This document shows, piece by piece, positions 61,139 through 64,000 of a stretch of DNA of 64,000 nucleotides. Within the stretch, counting starts at the first letter, position 1; each line of letters opens with the position of its first letter. Under the pieces are notes generated by a model. That model worked only from the letters and a program-made list of their open reading frames with translations. It did no database searches and was not told the DNA's origin. This DNA is from an uncultured Candidatus Rokubacteria bacterium. Its GTDB lineage: Bacteria > Methylomirabilota > Methylomirabilia > Rokubacteriales > CSP1-6. A program made the translations under genes and the position numbers. Location: the NCBI GenBank assembly GCA_963747235.1, contig CAVVEU010000033.1:1-64000 (forward strand). Reading direction: 5' to 3'.

Positions 61139-61360
61139 GTGCCCCGGACTCCCACGAAGTCGTACAGCTGCAGTGTTGTGTCGGAAACCGTTTCCATCTC
61201 GCTGCGCCGCCGCCAGTCGCTCGGCGGCCACGGCAAGCTCTTCGTCCGTTGCAGCGAGACCGAGTGCCAGTACATCGACACGAACGAGCCGCCCTGCCCG
61301 CTGACCCTCCAGCTCTTCGAGGCGGAGATCGCGGAGCGGATGGCCCAGCGCACGGAGTAA
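61139..61360 (+). CDS. Hypothetical 73-aa four-cysteine protein
   Basis: GAAAGGA RBS then GTG 61139; TATACT -10-like hexamer at 61094; Cys 11, 38, 43, 53. Confidence 0.65.
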   Translation: MPRTPTKSYSCSVVSETVSISLRRRQSLGGHGKLFVRCSETECQYIDTNEPPCPLTLQLFEAEIAERMAQRTE

Positions 61361-61524
61361 CGCCCAGCGTTATTTCTTCGCGCCGGCCGCCGGCCGCGTG
61401 TATGCTGTAATCACTGCAACATCGCAGACCGCGTTTCCCGTCCTCTTCCGCATCGTGGGGCGCGCCAAGAAATCCGCGGAAGACTGTACGGGCCCGGCTG
61501 TGCCCGCAAGAGGTTACTCGCTCC

Positions 61525-62799
61525 ATGTCTTTCTCCGAATTCCAGCTTCATCCCGACCTGCTCCGTGGCGTCGAGGCCCTGGGCTTCCAGGCGCCGACCG
61601 CCATCCAGCGTGACGCCATTCCCCCGGCCATGGCCGGGCGCGACGTGCTCGCCTGCGCCATGACCGGCAGCGGCAAGACCGCGGCGTTCCTGCTGCCGAT
61701 TCTGCAGCGGCTGATCGGGCTTCCCCGCGGCACCACGCGTGCCCTGATCATCGCCCCCACCCGCGAGCTCGCGGCCCAGATCGACGAGCACCGCGGCCAG
61801 CTCGCCCGCCACACGCGGGTCAGCGGCGCGGCCATCTTCGGCGGCGTGGGCATGGGCCCGCAGGAGTCGGCGCTCCGCCGCGGCGTGGACATCCTCGTCG
61901 CCACGCCCGGCCGGCTGCTCGACCACATGCGCTATCCCTACACCAAGCTCGACGGCCTCCAGGTGCTGGTGCTGGACGAGGCCGACCGCATGCTCGACAT
62001 GGGCTTCCTGCCGGACATCCAGCGGATCCTGAAGCAGCTCCCGGCGCGCCGGCAGACCCTGCTGCTCTCCGCGACCATGCCCGGGCCCATCGCGGCGCTC
62101 GCGAGGCAGATCCTCCACGACCCGGTGGCCATCCAGATCGAGCGGCCGTCCGCGCCCGCGGTCGGCGTCACCCACACCGTGTACCAGGTGCCGCAGGAGC
62201 TGAAGTCGGCGCTGCTGGTCGAGCTGCTCAAGCAGCCCGGCACGCGCAGCGTGCTCGCCTTCACGCGCACCAAGCACCGGGCCAACCGGCTGGCCGACTA
62301 CCTGGCCCGGCACGGGGTCAAGGCCGACCGCATCCACGGCAATCGCAGCCAGGCGCAGCGGACCCAGGCGCTGGCCGGCTTCAAGGACGGGCGCTTCCAG
62401 GTGCTGGTGGCCACCGACATCGCGGCCCGCGGCATCGACATCGACGCGCTCAGCCACGTGGTGAACTTCGACGTGCCGGGCATGCCCGACGAGTACATCC
62501 ACCGGGTGGGCCGCACCGCGCGGGCCGAGGCGGTGGGCGACGCGCTCACGCTGGTCTCGCCGGACGAGGAAGGCGACCTGCGCGGCATCGAGCGGGCGGT
62601 GGGCTCGCGCTTCACGCGCGCGCAGCTACCCGGCTTCGACTACACCAAGCGGCCGGCCGACAAGCTGGAGATCCCGCTGGCCGAGCGCATCGCGCAGATC
62701 CGCGCCCGCAAGGCCGAGGATCGCCAGCGCGCCCGCGCCAACGCCGAGCGGCGCGCCGCGCACGGCGCCCGTCCCGCCCAGGTCACCCGCGGCCGTTAG
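61525..62799 (+). CDS. DEAD-box RNA helicase (RhlE-like)
   Basis: Q motif, TGSGKT, PTRELA, TPGRL, DEAD, SAT, ARGID, HRVGRTAR. Confidence 0.95.
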   Translation: MSFSEFQLHPDLLRGVEALGFQAPTAIQRDAIPPAMAGRDVLACAMTGSGKTAAFLLPILQRLIGLPRGTTRALIIAPTRELAAQIDEHRGQLARHTRVSGAAIFGGVGMGPQESALRRGVDILVATPGRLLDHMRYPYTKLDGLQVLVLDEADRMLDMGFLPDIQRILKQLPARRQTLLLSATMPGPIAALARQILHDPVAIQIERPSAPAVGVTHTVYQVPQELKSALLVELLKQPGTRSVLAFTRTKHRANRLADYLARHGVKADRIHGNRSQAQRTQALAGFKDGRFQVLVATDIAARGIDIDALSHVVNFDVPGMPDEYIHRVGRTARAEAVGDALTLVSPDEEGDLRGIERAVGSRFTRAQLPGFDYTKRPADKLEIPLAERIAQIRARKAEDRQRARANAERRAAHGARPAQVTRGR

Positions 62800-62806
62800 T
62801 CAGCCT

Positions 62807-62855
62807 GGGGTCAGGTCTTGAATTGCGACATTGTCGTATTTCAAGACCTGACCCC
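62807..62855. repeat. 49-bp REP-like palindrome between convergent genes (possible bidirectional terminator or stabiliser)
   Basis: GGGGTCAGGTCTTGAA-TTGCGACATTGTCGTAT-TTCAAGACCTGACCCC, 16-bp perfect arms. Confidence 0.85.
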
Positions 62856-63968
62856 GAAGCGGTCGTAGCGTAGACCCTTCCAGAGTGACTCGAGCGCGTC
62901 CTGGCCCAGGGCGAGGCGCGCGAGGATGTCGCCGATCATCGGGCTCAGCGCGAAGCCGTGGCCCGAGAAGCCGGCGGCGACCAGCAAGCCGCCGATGCCG
63001 GGCACCGGGCCCAGGATGGGCAGGTCGTCCGGCGTGAAGGCTTCGAGGCCCGCCCAGCTCCGCGCCAGCGCGCAGGCGCGAACCGGTGGAAACACCGCGC
63101 GCGCCGTCTCGAGGCTCGATCCAACGCTCTCCTCCAGCATCTCGTAGCGATTCCCCACATGGTCGGTGATCCGCGCGGGCCAGCCGCCGCCGATCAGGTA
63201 GGCGCCGTCGTCGAGCTGCTTGAGGCTCAGCCGGCGGTCGAAGGCGCCCAGCACCGGCCGGAGCGCGGGCGCGCCCGGCGCGGTGAGCAGCATCTGGAGC
63301 GGCCGCGTCTCGATCGGCAGCGTGAGGCCGACCCCCGCGAGGAGCGTCGCGCTCCACGCGCCGGCCGCCACGATCGCCACGTCGCAGGCCTCGCGCGCAC
63401 CGGCGCCGCGCTCGACGCCCACCACGCGGCCGCCCTCGACCACGAGCGCGCGCACGCCGACGCCCTCCTCGACCCGCGCGCCGAGCCGCCGCGCGGCGTG
63501 GGCGAAGGCCTCCGTCGCGGGCACGGCCTCGGCCTGGCCGTCGGTCGGCGCGTGCACCCCGCCGAGGCAGCCCTCCGCGATCCCCGGCGCGAGCGCGCGC
63601 GCCGCCTGCGCGTCCACGATCTCCACCGGCACCCCGTCGGCGCGCTGCTCCGCCACCCAGGGCCCCGCCGCGCGCCAGGCCGCCTCGTCGAGCGCCAGCC
63701 GCAGGCCACCGGTGCGCCGGTAGCAGGTCGGCGCCTCCAGCTCGCGATCGAGCCCGGGCCAGCGCGCGAGGCTCGCGAGCGCGAGCGCCCGCTCCGCCGG
63801 GTCGCGCCCCATCGCCCGCACGCCGGCCGCGCTGGCCCCGGAGGCGGCGGCGCCCACGCGGGCGCGCTCCAGCACGGTGACGCGCGTGCCCGGATCGGCG
63901 CGGCGCAGGTGAAAGGCGGCGGAGAGCCCCATGAGGCCGCCGCCCACGATCACGACCCGGGTCGCCAT
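62841..63968 (-). CDS. FAD-dependent oxidoreductase (D-amino acid/glycine/sarcosine oxidase family)
   Basis: IVGGGLMGLS, AASGASAAG, VAAGAWS, WAGLEAFTPDDLPILG, GFSGHGF. Confidence 0.92.
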   Translation of the reverse strand: MATRVVIVGGGLMGLSAAFHLRRADPGTRVTVLERARVGAAASGASAAGVRAMGRDPAERALALASLARWPGLDRELEAPTCYRRTGGLRLALDEAAWRAAGPWVAEQRADGVPVEIVDAQAARALAPGIAEGCLGGVHAPTDGQAEAVPATEAFAHAARRLGARVEEGVGVRALVVEGGRVVGVERGAGAREACDVAIVAAGAWSATLLAGVGLTLPIETRPLQMLLTAPGAPALRPVLGAFDRRLSLKQLDDGAYLIGGGWPARITDHVGNRYEMLEESVGSSLETARAVFPPVRACALARSWAGLEAFTPDDLPILGPVPGIGGLLVAAGFSGHGFALSPMIGDILARLALGQDALESLWKGLRYDRFGVRS

Positions 63969-64000
63969 GGCGCCCGAGTCTAGCAGACTGGCCTTTCGGG

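Overview
Very GC-rich (by eye about 70% or more) bacterial chromosomal segment of about 60 tightly packed, mostly catabolic genes: CoA transferases, acyl-CoA synthetases, enoyl-CoA hydratases, two Rieske oxygenase pairs, a xanthine-dehydrogenase-family Mo enzyme, a Mo-bisPGD enzyme, an acetoin/pyruvate dehydrogenase set, LLM monooxygenases, TauD dioxygenases, serine hydrolases, aroA and a DEAD-box helicase. Gene content and style resemble soil Candidatus Rokubacteria (inference only). About 17 genes carry single-base frameshifts, best explained as long-read indel errors, and these create several false giant fusion ORFs. I saw no rRNA, tRNA, CRISPR array, integrase or transposase. Main hidden signals: (1) two probable selenoproteins split at in-frame TGA codons, each followed 12-13 nt later by a SECIS-like hairpin, namely a MerB (organomercurial lyase)-like protein with Sec at the second catalytic Cys position and no mer operon, and an AhpD/CMD-like protein with a CxxU motif; (2) a boxC-like palindromic repeat at 8 loci, inserted into coding sequence in E2 and supplying the stop codon of a RidA gene; (3) an AT-richer island with five DnaA-box-like 9-mers bracketing an 80-aa orphan ORF; (4) a Cas4-like/DUF2779 nuclease coupled to a catabolic operon; (5) several apparently leaderless genes.
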